Assembly: GCF_009914755.1 (NCBI RefSeq) | Contig: NC_060927.1 | Strand: one strand, 5' to 3' | Origin: the human T2T-CHM13v2.0 reference genome, Homo sapiens | DNA length: 64,000 nt | Shown here: positions 13,366 to 36,806 of the stretch, piece after piece | How positions within the stretch are numbered: position 1 is the first letter of the stretch | Layout of the letters: each line of letters begins with the position of its first letter | Made by a program: the position numbers and the translations under genes | Notes under the pieces: generated by a model | What the model saw: the letters and a program-made list of their open reading frames with translations, nothing else | Told to the model about the DNA's origin: nothing | Databases searched by the model: none

Positions 13366-13578
13366 CAGCCAGGGTCTCGTGGTAGGCCGGTGGGCCCATG
13401 GGCTGGGCTGGGTAAGGTGGTGGGTACTGCATTGGGTAGGGTGCTGCTGGCATCCCTGGCTGAGGCGGCATGGTGTGGTAGCCCTGGTAGCTTGGTCCAG
13501 GGTAGCTGGGCGGCACACTTGGAGGCTGAGGATAAGGGGCATGCACCACAGTGGTGGATGTGGTGGTGGTGACAACCG
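13366..13578 (-). CDS. SHISA5: SHISA5 exon 5, proline-rich cytosolic region with PPSY, PPPY and PPAY motifs
   Basis: ttgcag acceptor, CTG|gtgagt donor; 213 nt. Confidence 0.97.
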
Positions 13579-13732
13579 CTGCAAAGAGAATTCCAGTCAG
13601 GACCCTCCTCCATCTCCCCAGGTCTTGAGAGCCAGGCTTGCCACCCATCCCTCCAGCTTAGCCAAAGCAGGGCCTGGTCAGCTTCCCTTACCACCCCAGG
13701 GGGTCACAGTGGGGCAGGGTGGGCACGCTTAC

Positions 13733-13848
13733 GACGTGGTCGGCGGCACGTCTTGTAAAGGCAGCAGCAGGAGCAGGTGAAGCAGATGATGATAGTGACG
13801 ACAGACAGCACAAAGATGGTCAGGCCAACGGCCAAGGTCGCTCCGAAC
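13733..13848 (-). CDS. SHISA5: SHISA5 exon 4, transmembrane helix and Cys cluster ([38 protein letters not shown])
   Basis: tggcag acceptor, GTC|gtaagc donor; 116 nt. Confidence 0.96.
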
Positions 13849-14486
13849 CTGCCAAAGAGCTAGACGTGACCCGGGGCACCTCGCCCCTCCCCAGACCAGC
13901 ATCCACACCTTCCCAAGGCATGCCCCTCTTGCCAGAAGGGGTCTGGGCAATACAGTTATAGCTACTTCCTTGTCGGGTGGCCTGCACCTGTTTCAATCTG
14001 TTTCCTCTTGTGTAAACTGGGGTATATGTGAGTCCCTGTAACTGTCTCTCCCTGGGTCTCCCCCGCTTGTCCCACCCTCAGAGGCATGGGAGGAAGCTCT
14101 TCAAGTCCCATGCCACACACATACATCTATCTTGTCCACCTCACAACCAACTGATCAGCAGATGGGTATAGGGCACATGCCACAAGCCAGGCACTGTGAT
14201 TTGAGTCAAAAAACTTAACAGTGGGCAAGACAGCCAGCCCTGGCCTCTGGGAGCCCACAGTCCAGTGTAGGAGGCAGACAGTGAAGATAACATGGCTCAC
14301 AAAGCACAGGGTGAAGACTGAGAGAAGCCCCAGGAGGGCAGAGGCCAGTGTGGCCAGAACAGGAGGCCCCCATTGTTCCCCTGCACTCCACAACAGCCCC
14401 AGGGCAGGGAGGCTGGCCCCTGAGTGATAAGGACAGTTGCCTCTGCCTGCAAGCTTGCTGTATGCCAAGCACCGTGCCAGGGGTCA

Positions 14487-16548
<2,062 letters not shown>

Positions 16549-17028
16549 TCAGCCACCATGCCCAACCCAAGCTTTATTCCAACAAAAGGCAAATGCTTGC
16601 TTGGTAACTGCATCAAACACATCCAAAAACTCTAGGAGCTTTGTTAGCTGTAGGGCATCCCCCAGCAGCCTCTGCCCAACAGAGGCCCAAGGAGGGTGTG
16701 GGTCCCACCCTACCCCGCCCTGGGACTGCACAACTTCAGCAGGGCCCCACAGCACAGCCCAGGGACAGAGCTAAAGACTCCAGGCTCAAAAGCACCCCTC
16801 AGGACTCTCAAAGCAGGAGCCATCAGCCCCAGGCCGTCCAGGACAAGGCCCTAAAACAGGACCAGCAGACTACAGGTGTCTTCCGGCCCAACCAGAGGCA
16901 GGAATGGAGAAACGCACACACATTCACACGCCATCAATGACATGCGACCGCAAGGCCGTTATCATCCCTCCAGAGATCTCTCAGTGTTTGTCTCTCAAAC
17001 ACACACGCAGCATGGCGCCCAAGCTCAC

Positions 17029-17033
17029 CCCAT
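17029..17033 (-). CDS. SHISA5: Coding end (ATG GG) of an alternative first exon of SHISA5, giving a 137-aa short isoform MGFGATLAV...
   Basis: aacATGG strong Kozak followed by G|gtgagc donor in phase 2, matching exon 4. Confidence 0.7.
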
Positions 17034-17099
17034 GTTAGCCTCTGCCTTCACCCAGAGGCCTCCTGTACCCCTGGGCTTTCCCCTCTTCCCATCGTGGGC

Positions 17100-17375
17100 C
17101 ACTCAGTTTCAATTTCCTCCCCTTTTGGAGAAAAAGAAAGCAAATCTCCTCCAGATGACGTCAGCCACAGGAAGCACAGACGCGAAGCCCCGTTCCACCC
17201 TCTTAAAGACACAGGATGGCCCCGCCCAGCAGCCGGCTAGCAGCCAAGGAGCCAAGGGGCGGGGGCCGGGGAGGAGGGGAAGCAGAGGTGCCCCATTTGC
17301 CTCCCAGAGCTGCCTCCCTGAGCCAAGCCTACAGGGCCTGACCTCAGAATGCAGCCTGGCCACTAGGGGGTCTAA
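17100..17375 (-). promoter_or_regulatory. SHISA5: Internal SHISA5 promoter/enhancer: ISRE AGTTTCAATTTCC (17105-17117), CRE TGACGTCA (17156-17163), ETS CAGGAAG, GC boxes, CTCF-like site (17357-17374)
   Basis: Consensus motifs clustered in repeat-free, CpG-enriched DNA directly upstream of the ATG GG|gt exon end. Confidence 0.7.
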
Positions 17376-17796
17376 GAGCCACCCCAGCCTCAGTGGGCCC
17401 CAACCACACTCTAGCTCAGCAGCACCCCCACCCCCACTTCCACCTAACCCACCGGCCCTGTTCCACCAGCCTCCAGGAGGAGCTTCTGCATCCATCTAGG
17501 CCCAGAGGGCGACCCTGGGGCCCTGGCTGACACACATGCAAGGAGCAAAGTCCAGCCTGTCCCTTTAGCTCCTCCTCTCCCACCAGCACTCTCTCCAATC
17601 TGTCTCCCCATGTTCTCCCGGCCACCCTACTGGGGCCACCATGCAAGGTCCATCATGTCACCACCTGCTCAAACGCCAGCTATGGCTCTTGTAGCTCTTG
17701 CGATTACAAAGGAATTTGCTTTATAATTACATGTTAAACTGAGTGTGTCTGTGCTTTCCTGTGTATGTATTATAGTTGACAATAAAAGAAGAAAAG

Positions 17797-21570
<3,774 letters not shown>

Positions 21571-23195
21571 TGGCACTGTGCCCAGCTTCAATGCCTGTCT
21601 TACTCCTCATCCATTCACGGCTAAAACTCTCCAAGGAGTTGCCTGCGACCAGCATACAATTTCCAACTGCTCTTCAATCTGCTCCACTGCCTCGCTCTTG
21701 CCCAGGGTGCCATGGACTCCGTGGTGTGAAATCTCCATTCCACAGCGCACTTCACCACAAGCCTGCCCTCCTCCAGTGTCCAGCCCCTGCTCCTTCCCAC
21801 TCCCTCCACACCCTGCCTTGTGGGAGCTGCTGAATGTAAGTCTCCATCCTCACCTCTTGCCACCAAGCTCTGGCTCTCTCTGGCTCTCTCTGGCCTCCAG
21901 CGCCTCTGGCCAGGAAGCCGCCTGAGGCCACCTCCTACAGAAACGACTTCCCACCTCCCACACCCACCCCATCTGCTCTTTCCATCTTCCACAGAGCAGC
22001 CAGTGTGGTCTTCCTAAAACTCCATTCGGTCCCCAGCGCTCCCAGAACCCTCTGTGATGCCCACTGTCCTCAGGACGAGGCCCACTCCTTGACTGCCTCC
22101 AGGCCCACACAGGCTGGGCATAGGCATCTCCCACGGGGCCATCTGAAAGCCCACAATCCTGGGCCTCAGGGCAGGACAGCCGCTCCTGGGCTCCTGGACG
22201 TGGAGGGGAAGGCCTGTAGAGATCTCAGGCTCCAACCAGCCCTGAGGTGTTGAGGAGGGGCACAGCTGCACTTCTTCCCCTCCTCCACGCACAGGAGCCC
22301 TGCCCTGATTCTGCTGTAGCCAGTGAGGCCCCACACCTGCCTGGGCCTACAGGATGGGATGGGGCAAAACAAGAACCCAAGCCCCCCACTCAGGCCCAGA
22401 GCCCAAGGTCTCTTCCTCCAAAGGGGAAACACTGCCCTCCTGGGCAGACCTTTTCTTTAAGCGGCTTCTAGATCCACCAGGGAAGAGGGGAGACAGCAAG
22501 TGGAACAGACCCAGCCAGGAAAGCCCGCCCTAGTGGCTGCACACCCATTCCACCTCCAGGAAGATGTCACAACTCCTGTTACGGTGGCAATAACACAGGC
22601 CGGAGCCCAGCCAAGGGGACTGGGGTTTGGGGGCTGGGGTTGCTCCTTGGTTCCCTGAGAGGAGAGTCCTGACACAGTAACCATGACCCACAAAGCTTCA
22701 CACAGGAACTGTGGCATCATTGGTTGTCCCAGGACCTCTCCCCACCGTTATCACCCCAATACCATGTGCTTGCCAGCACCACCATCACCCCATCACCATC
22801 ACCATTGTCACCAATGCCCAATCACAATATACCCGCCCCCATCTACCATCATCGCATGCCCACTACAGCCCCTTCTCTGTCACTCCTGCCCCCATCGGAA
22901 CCCATCAGTCATCTGCTGACTCAACCCAGCATCTAGGTCAATGTACCCCGGACCCCTGGCCCTTCAATTGTCAACCCCCGACCACAGTCACCCACGTCCC
23001 CACCACCCCAGCACACTAATGAAGACACCTTCACAGCATAAGGAGCAAGTGTCCTAGTGGTCAGATATGGTGACAGTTTCTTGGGCTCCACCCCAATGAC
23101 CGAATCATCCCAGTCCCCCAGATGCACACTGGCCCCCCTGAGCCCTCTTGTCACCTTTGCCAGGAAGATGCACCCAGCCAGCAGGCTTTACTTAC

Positions 23196-23276
23196 CCTGA
23201 CATGGGGTCGTTGTAGCCAGGGCGAAACCTCAGCGCCGAGCCCAGCTGCTCCACCGGCTCTACACTGGCAGGCACG
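23196..23276 (-). CDS. SHISA5: SHISA5 exon 3 (VPASVEPVEQLGSALRFRPGYNDPMSG)
   Basis: ttgcag acceptor, AGG|gtaagt donor; 81 nt; not in the ORF track, translated by hand. Confidence 0.95.
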
Positions 23277-23588
23277 CTGCAAACAGGAAACCTTGTGATT
23301 AGCACAATGAAGCCCCACCGAGCGCCAGCACAAACACTACCTTAGGGCACCACAAAACGTGCACAGAAGCTACTATGAACCGGTGGCTTCAATGGCCTTC
23401 CAGAGGTGGACTCTGCCCACACCGGGATCTCATAGCACAAAGCCACACATCCTCTCAGGTGTCCACCAGACTGTCTCCAGGAGAGAACATATGTTAGGCC
23501 ACAAAACAAGTCTCAGCAGATTTTAGAAGACAGATACCATACAAAGGATCTTCTCTGACCACAACAGGATGAAGTTACAAATCAGTAA

Positions 23589-24127
<539 letters not shown>

Positions 24128-24372
24128 TAGCCAGGATGGTCTCGATCTCCTGACCTCGTGATCCACCTGCCTTGGCCTCCCAAAGTGCTGGGATTACAGG
24201 CGTGAGCCACCACGCCTGGCCTCCACAGAGTTTTTTTAAAAAGTACTAAAACAACAACAACAACAACAACAAAAAACTCCTACCTTGGGAAACTAAGAAG
24301 GTACAAAAAAAAAAAAGCAAAATAAAACCAAAACTCTTGATTTGTATTGTGTTAAATAAGAACTCATAAAGG

Positions 24373-24412
24373 ATACTTACCTGGCAGGGGAGAAGATATC
24401 ATGATCACGAAG
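24373..24412 (+). pseudogene. 3'-truncated U1 snRNA copy (U1 nt ~1-37 with a 3-nt insertion)
   Basis: ATACTTACCTGGCAGGGGAGA[aga]TATCATGATCACGAAG vs U1 ATACTTACCTGGCAGGGGAGATACCATGATCACGAAG; flanked by degenerate direct repeats aactcataaagg / aagtaataaagg. Confidence 0.88.
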
Positions 24413-24779
24413 AAGTAATAAAGGAAACTAACAAGTATGTAGAACTAAATGATGAAAATACATCAAAATTCGTGAAACACAGATAAAATAGTTCTTAGAG
24501 GGAGATTTGTATCTTTAATAGAATTTATCAAGAAATGGGGGGGCCGAGGAGGGTGGATCTCAAGGTCAGGAGTTTGAGACTAGCCTGTCCAGGATGGTGA
24601 AACCCCATCTCTACTAAAAATACAAAAATTAGCCGGGCTCAGTGGCATGCACCTGTAATCCCAGTTACTCGGGAGGCTGAGGCAGGAGAATCGCTTGAAC
24701 CCAGGAGGCGGAGGTTGCAGTAAGCTCAGATCACGTCACTGCACTCAAGCCTAAGTGACAGAGCAAGACTCAAATGTCA

Positions 24780-25163
<384 letters not shown>

Positions 25164-25867
25164 TTAAACTCAAGATGAGCTGGGCGTGGTGGCTCACGCC
25201 TGTAATCCCAGCATTTTGGGAGGCCAAGGTGGGTGGATCATGAGGTCAGGAGTACAAGACCAGCCTGGCCAAGATGGTGAAACCCTGTCTCTACTAAAAA
25301 TACAAAAAATTAGCTGGGTGTGGTGGCAGGCGCCTGTAATCCCAGCTACTCGGGAGGCTGAGGCAGAGAACTGCTTGAACCCGGGAGGTGGAGGTTGCAG
25401 TGAGCCAAGATCGTGCCACTGCACTCCAGCCTTGGCAATGGACCGAGACTCTGTCTCAAAAAAATAAAATAAAATAAAATAAAATAAAATAAACTCAAGA
25501 TGATTTCTTTAAAAGTAATGGAAAATGTGGCCAGGTTGGTGGCTCACGCCTGTAATAACAGCACTTTGGGAGGCTGAGGAGGGCGGATCATGAGATCAGG
25601 AGTTCGAGACCAGCCTGGCCAACGTGGCGAAACCCCATCTCTACTAAAACTACAAAAATTAGCCTGGTGTGGTGGTGGCCGCCTGTAATCCGCTACTCGG
25701 GAGGCTGAGGCAGGAGAATTGTTTGAACCTGGGAGGTGGAGGTTGCTGTGAGCCAAGATCATGCCATTGCACTCCAGCCTGGGTGAAAAGAGCAAGACTG
25801 TCTCGGCCGGGTGCAGTGGCTCACGCCTATAATCCCAGCACTTTGGGAGGCCGAGGCGGGTGGATCA

Positions 25868-26255
<388 letters not shown>

Positions 26256-26613
26256 CTAACCACGAAAAAGGAGGGCAGCCAAGTGCAATAGCACACACCT
26301 GTGGTCCCAGCTACTCAGGAGGCTTAGGTGGGAGGATCACTTGAGCCCAGGAGTTCCAGGCTGCAGTGAGCTGTGATCACGCCACTGCACTCCAGCCTGG
26401 GCGACAGACTGAGACCCTGTCTCGAAAACAATAAATAAATAAAATAACATAATAACATTATTTGGATTCCGATTTGGACAAACCATCTGTGAAAAGGCAT
26501 TTTGGAAACTAGTGGAGGCAACTGAACACAGTATTTAAAGCTATCAGTGAATTACTGTTAATTGTGCCAAATATGATAGTGGTTATATTGCCCTTATATT
26601 GGAAGGGAAATAG

Positions 26614-26782
<169 letters not shown>

Positions 26783-26935
26783 TAGCTGGGATTACAGGCA
26801 TGTGCCACACACCCGGCTAATTTTTGTATTTTTAGTAGAGATGGGGTTTCACCATGTTAGTCAGGCTGGACTCGAACTCCTGACCTTGTGATCCACCCAT
26901 CTTGGCCTCCCAAAATTCTAGGATTACAGGTGTGA

Positions 26936-27103
<168 letters not shown>

Positions 27104-27110
27104 TAGCTAA

Positions 27111-27937
27111 TTTTTTTTTTTTTTTTATTGATCATTCTTGGGTGTTTCTCGCAGAGGGGGATTTGGCAGAGTCATAGGACAATAGTGGAGGGAAGGTCAG
27201 CAGATAAACAAGTGAACAAAGGTCTCTAGTTTTCCTAGGCAGAGGACCCTGCGGCCTTCAGCAGTGTTTGTGTCCCTGGGTACTTGAGATTAGGGAGTGG
27301 TGATGACTCTTAAGGAGCATGCTGCCTTCAAGCATCTGTTTAACAAAGCACATCTTGCACCGCCCTTAATCCATTTAACCCTGAGTGGACACAGCACATG
27401 TTTCAGAGAGCACAGGGTTGGGGGTAAGGTCATAGATCAACAGGATCCCAAGGCAGAAGAATTTTTCTCAGTATAGAACAAAATGAAAGGTCTCCCATGT
27501 CTACTTCTTTCTACACAGACACAGCAACCATCTGATTTCTCAATCTTTTCCCCACCTTTCCCCCTTTTCTATCCCACAAAACCGCCATTGTCACCTTGGC
27601 CCGTTCTCAATGAGCTGTTGGGTACACCTCCCAGACGGGGTGGTGGCCGGGCAGAGGGGCTCCTCACTTCCCAGTAGGGGTGGCCGGGCAGAGGCGCCCC
27701 TCACCTCCCGGACGGGGCGGCTGGCCGGGTGGGGGGCTGACCCCCCCACCTCCCTCCCGGACGGGGCGGCTGGCCTGGCGGGGGGCTGAGCCCCCCACCT
27801 CCCTCCCGGACGGGGCGGCTGGCCGGGCGGGGGGCTGACCCCACCACCTCCCTCCCGGACGGGGCGGCTGGCCGGGCGGGGGGCTGACCCCCCCACCTCC
27901 CTCCCGGACAGGGCGGCTGGCCGGGCGGGGGGCTGAC
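27111..27937 (-). mobile_element. 5'-truncated SVA retrotransposon (partial VNTR + SINE-R + polyA), D-F-like, inserted in an Alu linker
   Basis: SINE-R sequence, GC-rich VNTR units, AATAAA + A-tail on -; TSD cccacctagctaa(tttttt) at 27098 and 27938. Confidence 0.95.
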
Positions 27938-27950
27938 CCCACCTAGCTAA

Positions 27951-28097
<147 letters not shown>

Positions 28098-28854
28098 TAA
28101 GAAGAACTTTTTATGATGTCTGGGATTTGCTTTAAAATAATTCAGAAAAAGAAAAGTGGTGGGACATATATAGCACAATGGTGTCAGAGTATTGGTAACG
28201 GGAAGTGGGTGATGGATGCATTGAGTTATATTGTTCTCTCTGCTTTTGTACTTATTTGAAACTTTCCAAAATTAGATGTAAAACAAAATAAAATGTAAAA
28301 GCGTTATAAACAATTATACCCTAATACACTTGGAGGAAAACCAGTAAAGCTGAGGAGAAAATATTTTTTAAGAAATATGTGGGCTGGGTGCGGTGGCTCA
28401 TGCCTGTAATCCCTACACTTTGGGAAGCCGAGGCAGGCGGATCACCTAAGATCAGGAGTTTGAGACCAGCCTGGCCAACATGGTGAAACCCTGTCTCTAC
28501 TAAAAATACAAAAATTAGCGGGGCGTGGTGGCACCTGCCTGTAATTCCAGCTACTCAGGAGGCGGAGACAGGAGAATTGCTTGAACCCAGGAGGCGGAGG
28601 TTGCAGTGAGCTGAGATTGTGCTACTCCAGCCTGGGCGACAGAGCGAGACTCTGTCTCAAAACCAAAAAATAAAGAAGGCCAGGCACAGTGGCTCATGCC
28701 TGTAATCCCAGCACTTTGGGAGGCCAAGGCAGGCAGATCACCTGAGGTCAGGAGTTTGAGACTGGCCTGGCCAAAATGGTGAAACCCCATCCCTACTAAA
28801 AATACAAAAAATTAGCCAGGCGTGGTGGCAGGTGCCTGTAGCCCCAGCTACTCA

Positions 28855-28959
<105 letters not shown>

Positions 28960-29136
28960 TCAAAAAAAGAAATCTGAGGCCAGGTGCAATGGCTCGTGCC
29001 TACAGGCATGTAGTACTTTGGGAGGCCGAGGCTAGAGAATCGCTTGAGCACAGGAGTCAAAACCAGACTGAGCAACATGGTGAGACCCCTTCTCTACAAA
29101 AAATACAAAAGTTGGCTGGGCATGTGGTCCCAGCTA

Positions 29137-29757
<621 letters not shown>

Positions 29758-30294
29758 AAAAGAAATCAGTGTGAAAGCTTCAGAGAGCAATGGAAAGAAT
29801 GTGAAGCTGATATGAGTGGTGGTGAGGCTGGGGACAAAGATCCAGAGATGAGCCTGACAGCTGAGGTCCTTTTTCTCCTTGGAGCATTAGCCACTTTCAG
29901 AAGGGCAGCTGAGAGGCTGAGCAGCACTTCTGGAAGCTTCAGGAGACCAAGGTGACAGGGCTTAGATCCAGAGCCTACCAGGTGAGGTGGCCCTGATGAC
30001 CCCCATTCACTTAGGCTGGGACCCGAAAAGCTGTACCTTAAGAGGAAGGGAGAGACTGAGTAGACGGCTCAGCCTCTAATAATTTCAGTCTCTACAACTA
30101 GACCAGGTGATCTGAGAACGCTAGAGTTACTGCCAGAAGCAACCTAAATCCTCCCTGGAGAAAGTCCTGGCTCCAAATTTCTATAATCAATTTTGCAAAT
30201 GTGATGTTAGGCACACAATCAAAAATTTTCAGAAACACTAGGAGACCAGACAGTATGAATAGAAAACAGCAGAAAAAACTGACAATAGAAAATA

Positions 30295-31217
<923 letters not shown>

Positions 31218-31889
31218 TCAAAAAAAAAAAAAAGAAAGAAAAGAAAAGAAAAACCCACAGGTGGCCAGGTGTGGCGGCTCATGCCTATAATCCTAGCACT
31301 CTGGGAGGCCAAGTTGGAAGGATTGCTTAAGCCCAGCAGTTCAAGACCAGCCTGGGCAACATAGGGAGATCCCATCAGTATTAAAAAAATATAATAATGT
31401 CCATAGGCGCACACACACACACGCACACGCACACACACACACACACTCCCACACACTCCCACACAGATGCGCCTGCCAAGAGTTTTCTAAAACTGAAATT
31501 TAACAAATTCCATATACCAATTTGAGGGGAATCAATATCTTTAAAATATGGTCTTCCAATTCATGAGCCCTGTCTATGCCTCCATTTATTTAGGGCTATG
31601 ATTTTTTGTAATAATGTTTTATGTATTTTATAGTTTATATAGTTACATAGTTTATATGCTTTATGAACATACAGTTTATACGTTTTAATGTTTATAGTTT
31701 GTATGTTTATATGTTTTATAAATACACAGTTTGTATGTTTTACAGTTTATGGTTCATAGTTTTCTGTGTAGAAATTTTGTCTTTCCTAGGTATTTGATGT
31801 TTTTGATGCTATTGGAAACGTCTTTTGAAATTATATTTTTAATTAGAAGTTTAATAGATTTTTTTACTATACTGACCTTGTATGTCTCA

Positions 31890-32278
<389 letters not shown>

Positions 32279-32971
32279 TTAAAAGCATTATAAACAATTA
32301 TACCCTAATACATTTGAAGGAAAACCAGTGAAGCTAAGGAGAAAAATTTGCCTTAAAATACTGAAATTATCAGACACTGACATTAGAATAACAACACATA
32401 CACTGTTTAAAGATTACACAGTGAGATTAAAGGAAAAAAGAGCTTAAAGAGATTAAACAAAAGATTGAGCAATTCAGAGGAAAACTTGAAATATATGGGA
32501 TACTTAGTGTTGAAGGAGCAGCTTGGATCCTCTTGACTGCTTTTTTTTTTTTTTTTTTTTTTTGTGAGACAGAGTCTTGCTTGTAGCCCAATCTCGACTC
32601 AATGCAAGCTCCGCCTCCCTGGTTCACGCCATTCTCCTCCCTTAGCCTCCCGAGTAGCTGGGACTACAGGTGCCCACCACCATGCCCGGCTAACTTTTTG
32701 TATTTTTAGTAGAGATGGGGTTTCACCATGTTAGCCAGGATGGTCTTGATCTCCTGACCTCATGATCCGCCTACCTTGGCCTCCCAAAGTGCTGGGATTA
32801 CAGGCGTGAGCCACCGCACCCAGCCAACTGCTTATAGTAAAATGTGAAAAGGCCGGGCGCGGTGGCTCACGCCTGTAATCCCAGCACTTTGGGAGGCCAA
32901 GGCGGGCAGATCACCTGATGTCGGGAGTTCGAGACCAGCCTGGCCAACATGGAGAAACCCCGTCTCTACTA

Positions 32972-33130
<159 letters not shown>

Positions 33131-33394
33131 TCAAAAAAAAAAAAAAAAAAGTGAAAAAAGAGAAATGAATTGTTAAGCAAAAAAAGAACTAGAATTTAAA
33201 AATCTGGACAATTCTCAGCCTATCCATACTGTAAATACTAAGAGAGTAGTCCAAAAACTGCGAGGTAAGGAGATTAGAATGGGTATGAATCACAGACCTA
33301 ATCAGTCACCCTAGCACCTGCCAGAGGGGAGAAAGGGGATGAAGTGAAGGAAGGCTGTCGGACATCTAAGATCCTACAGGACTGGGCCATAGAG

Positions 33395-33608
33395 CAAGCT
33401 TGTCCAACCTGTGACCAGCGGCCCACATTCAGGCCAGGATGGCTTTGAATGTGGCCCAACACAAATTCTTAAACTTTCTTAAAACATTATGAGATTTTTT
33501 TTTTTTTTTTTTTGCTCATCAGCTATCATTAGTGTGTTTTATGTGTGGCCCAAGACAATTTTCTTCTTCCAAAGTGGCCCAGAGAAGGCAAAAGATTGGA
33601 CACCCCTG
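33395..33608. mobile_element. MER30 (hAT-Charlie) DNA transposon
   Basis: Terminal inverted repeats caagcttgtccaa...ttggacacccctg; internal atgtggcccaacacaaattc motif. Confidence 0.8.
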
Positions 33609-34098
33609 CTACAGCTATTTTTTTATTTTTTTATTTTTTAGCCAGAGTCTCACTCTGTCACCCAAGCTGGAGTGCAGTGGCATGATCTCAGCTCACTGCA
33701 AGCTCTGCCTCCCGGGTTCACGCCATTCCTGCCTCAGTCTCCTGAGTAGCTGGCACTACAGGCGCCCGCCACCATGCCTGGCTAACTTTTTCTATTTTGT
33801 TCAGCAGAGACGGGGTTTCACCATGTTAGCCAGGATGGTCTCGATCTCCTGACCTTGTGATCCGCCCGCCTCGGCCTCCCAAAGTGCTGGGATTACAGGC
33901 TTGAGCCACTGCGCCTGGCCTTTTTTTTTTTTTTTTTTTTTTTTTGAGACAGGGTCTCACTCTGCCACCCAAGCTGGAGTGCAGTAGTGTGATCACAGCT
34001 CACTGCAACCTTGATCTCCTAGGCTCAAGCAATCCTCCCACCTCAGCCTCCTGAGTAGCTGGGGCTACAAGTGCATGCTACCATGCCCAGCTAACTAA

Positions 34099-34814
<716 letters not shown>

Positions 34815-34837
34815 TAGAATTTAGAATTGCCTGGCAC

Positions 34838-35912
<1,075 letters not shown>

Positions 35913-36449
35913 GCACCTATCACTTCCTGCTGTTTTCGTTTGTTTGTTTTTGTTTTGTTTTGTTTGAAACAAGGGTCTCACTCTGTCCCAGGCTGGAGTA
36001 GAGTGGCACGATCTCAGCTCACTGCAACCTCTGCCCCCACCAAGCTCAAGCAATTCTCCCACCTCAGCCTCCTAATAGTTGGGACCACAGACGCGCACCA
36101 TCATGCCTGGGGATTTTTTTAGTAGAGATGGGGTCTCACCATGTTGCCCTGGCTACACTTCCTACTGATTTCTCTCCCTTTTGTAATAGGGGTGGCTATC
36201 CTTTGCCTGTCCCACAAATGCATTTCTGGCTTCACAGGTTTCACAACTGGAGATAAATTTTGCCTCAGGATGAAATGTACCTATGGTCTCATTCATATCT
36301 GATTTTGATAATATGTGAACAAGGCTTTGCACTTTAGAGTTAAGAGTAGTTGATGCTGGAATGAGTTAAGACTGCTCAGGGTGTGGAGGTTGCAGTGAGC
36401 TGAGATTGTGCCACTCCACTCCAGCCGGGAACAGAGCAAGACTCCATCT

Positions 36450-36492
<43 letters not shown>

Positions 36493-36608
36493 CAGGCGCG
36501 GTGGCTCACGCCTGTAATCCCAGCACTTTGGGAGGCCGAGGCGGGCGGATCACGAGGTCAGGAGATCAAGACCATCCTGGCAAACACGGTGAAACCCTGT
36601 CTCTACTA

Positions 36609-36806
<198 letters not shown>

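Noticed and set aside
22720-22870. His-rich (caccat)n ORFs
   Set aside because: Low-complexity CAC/CAT simple sequence
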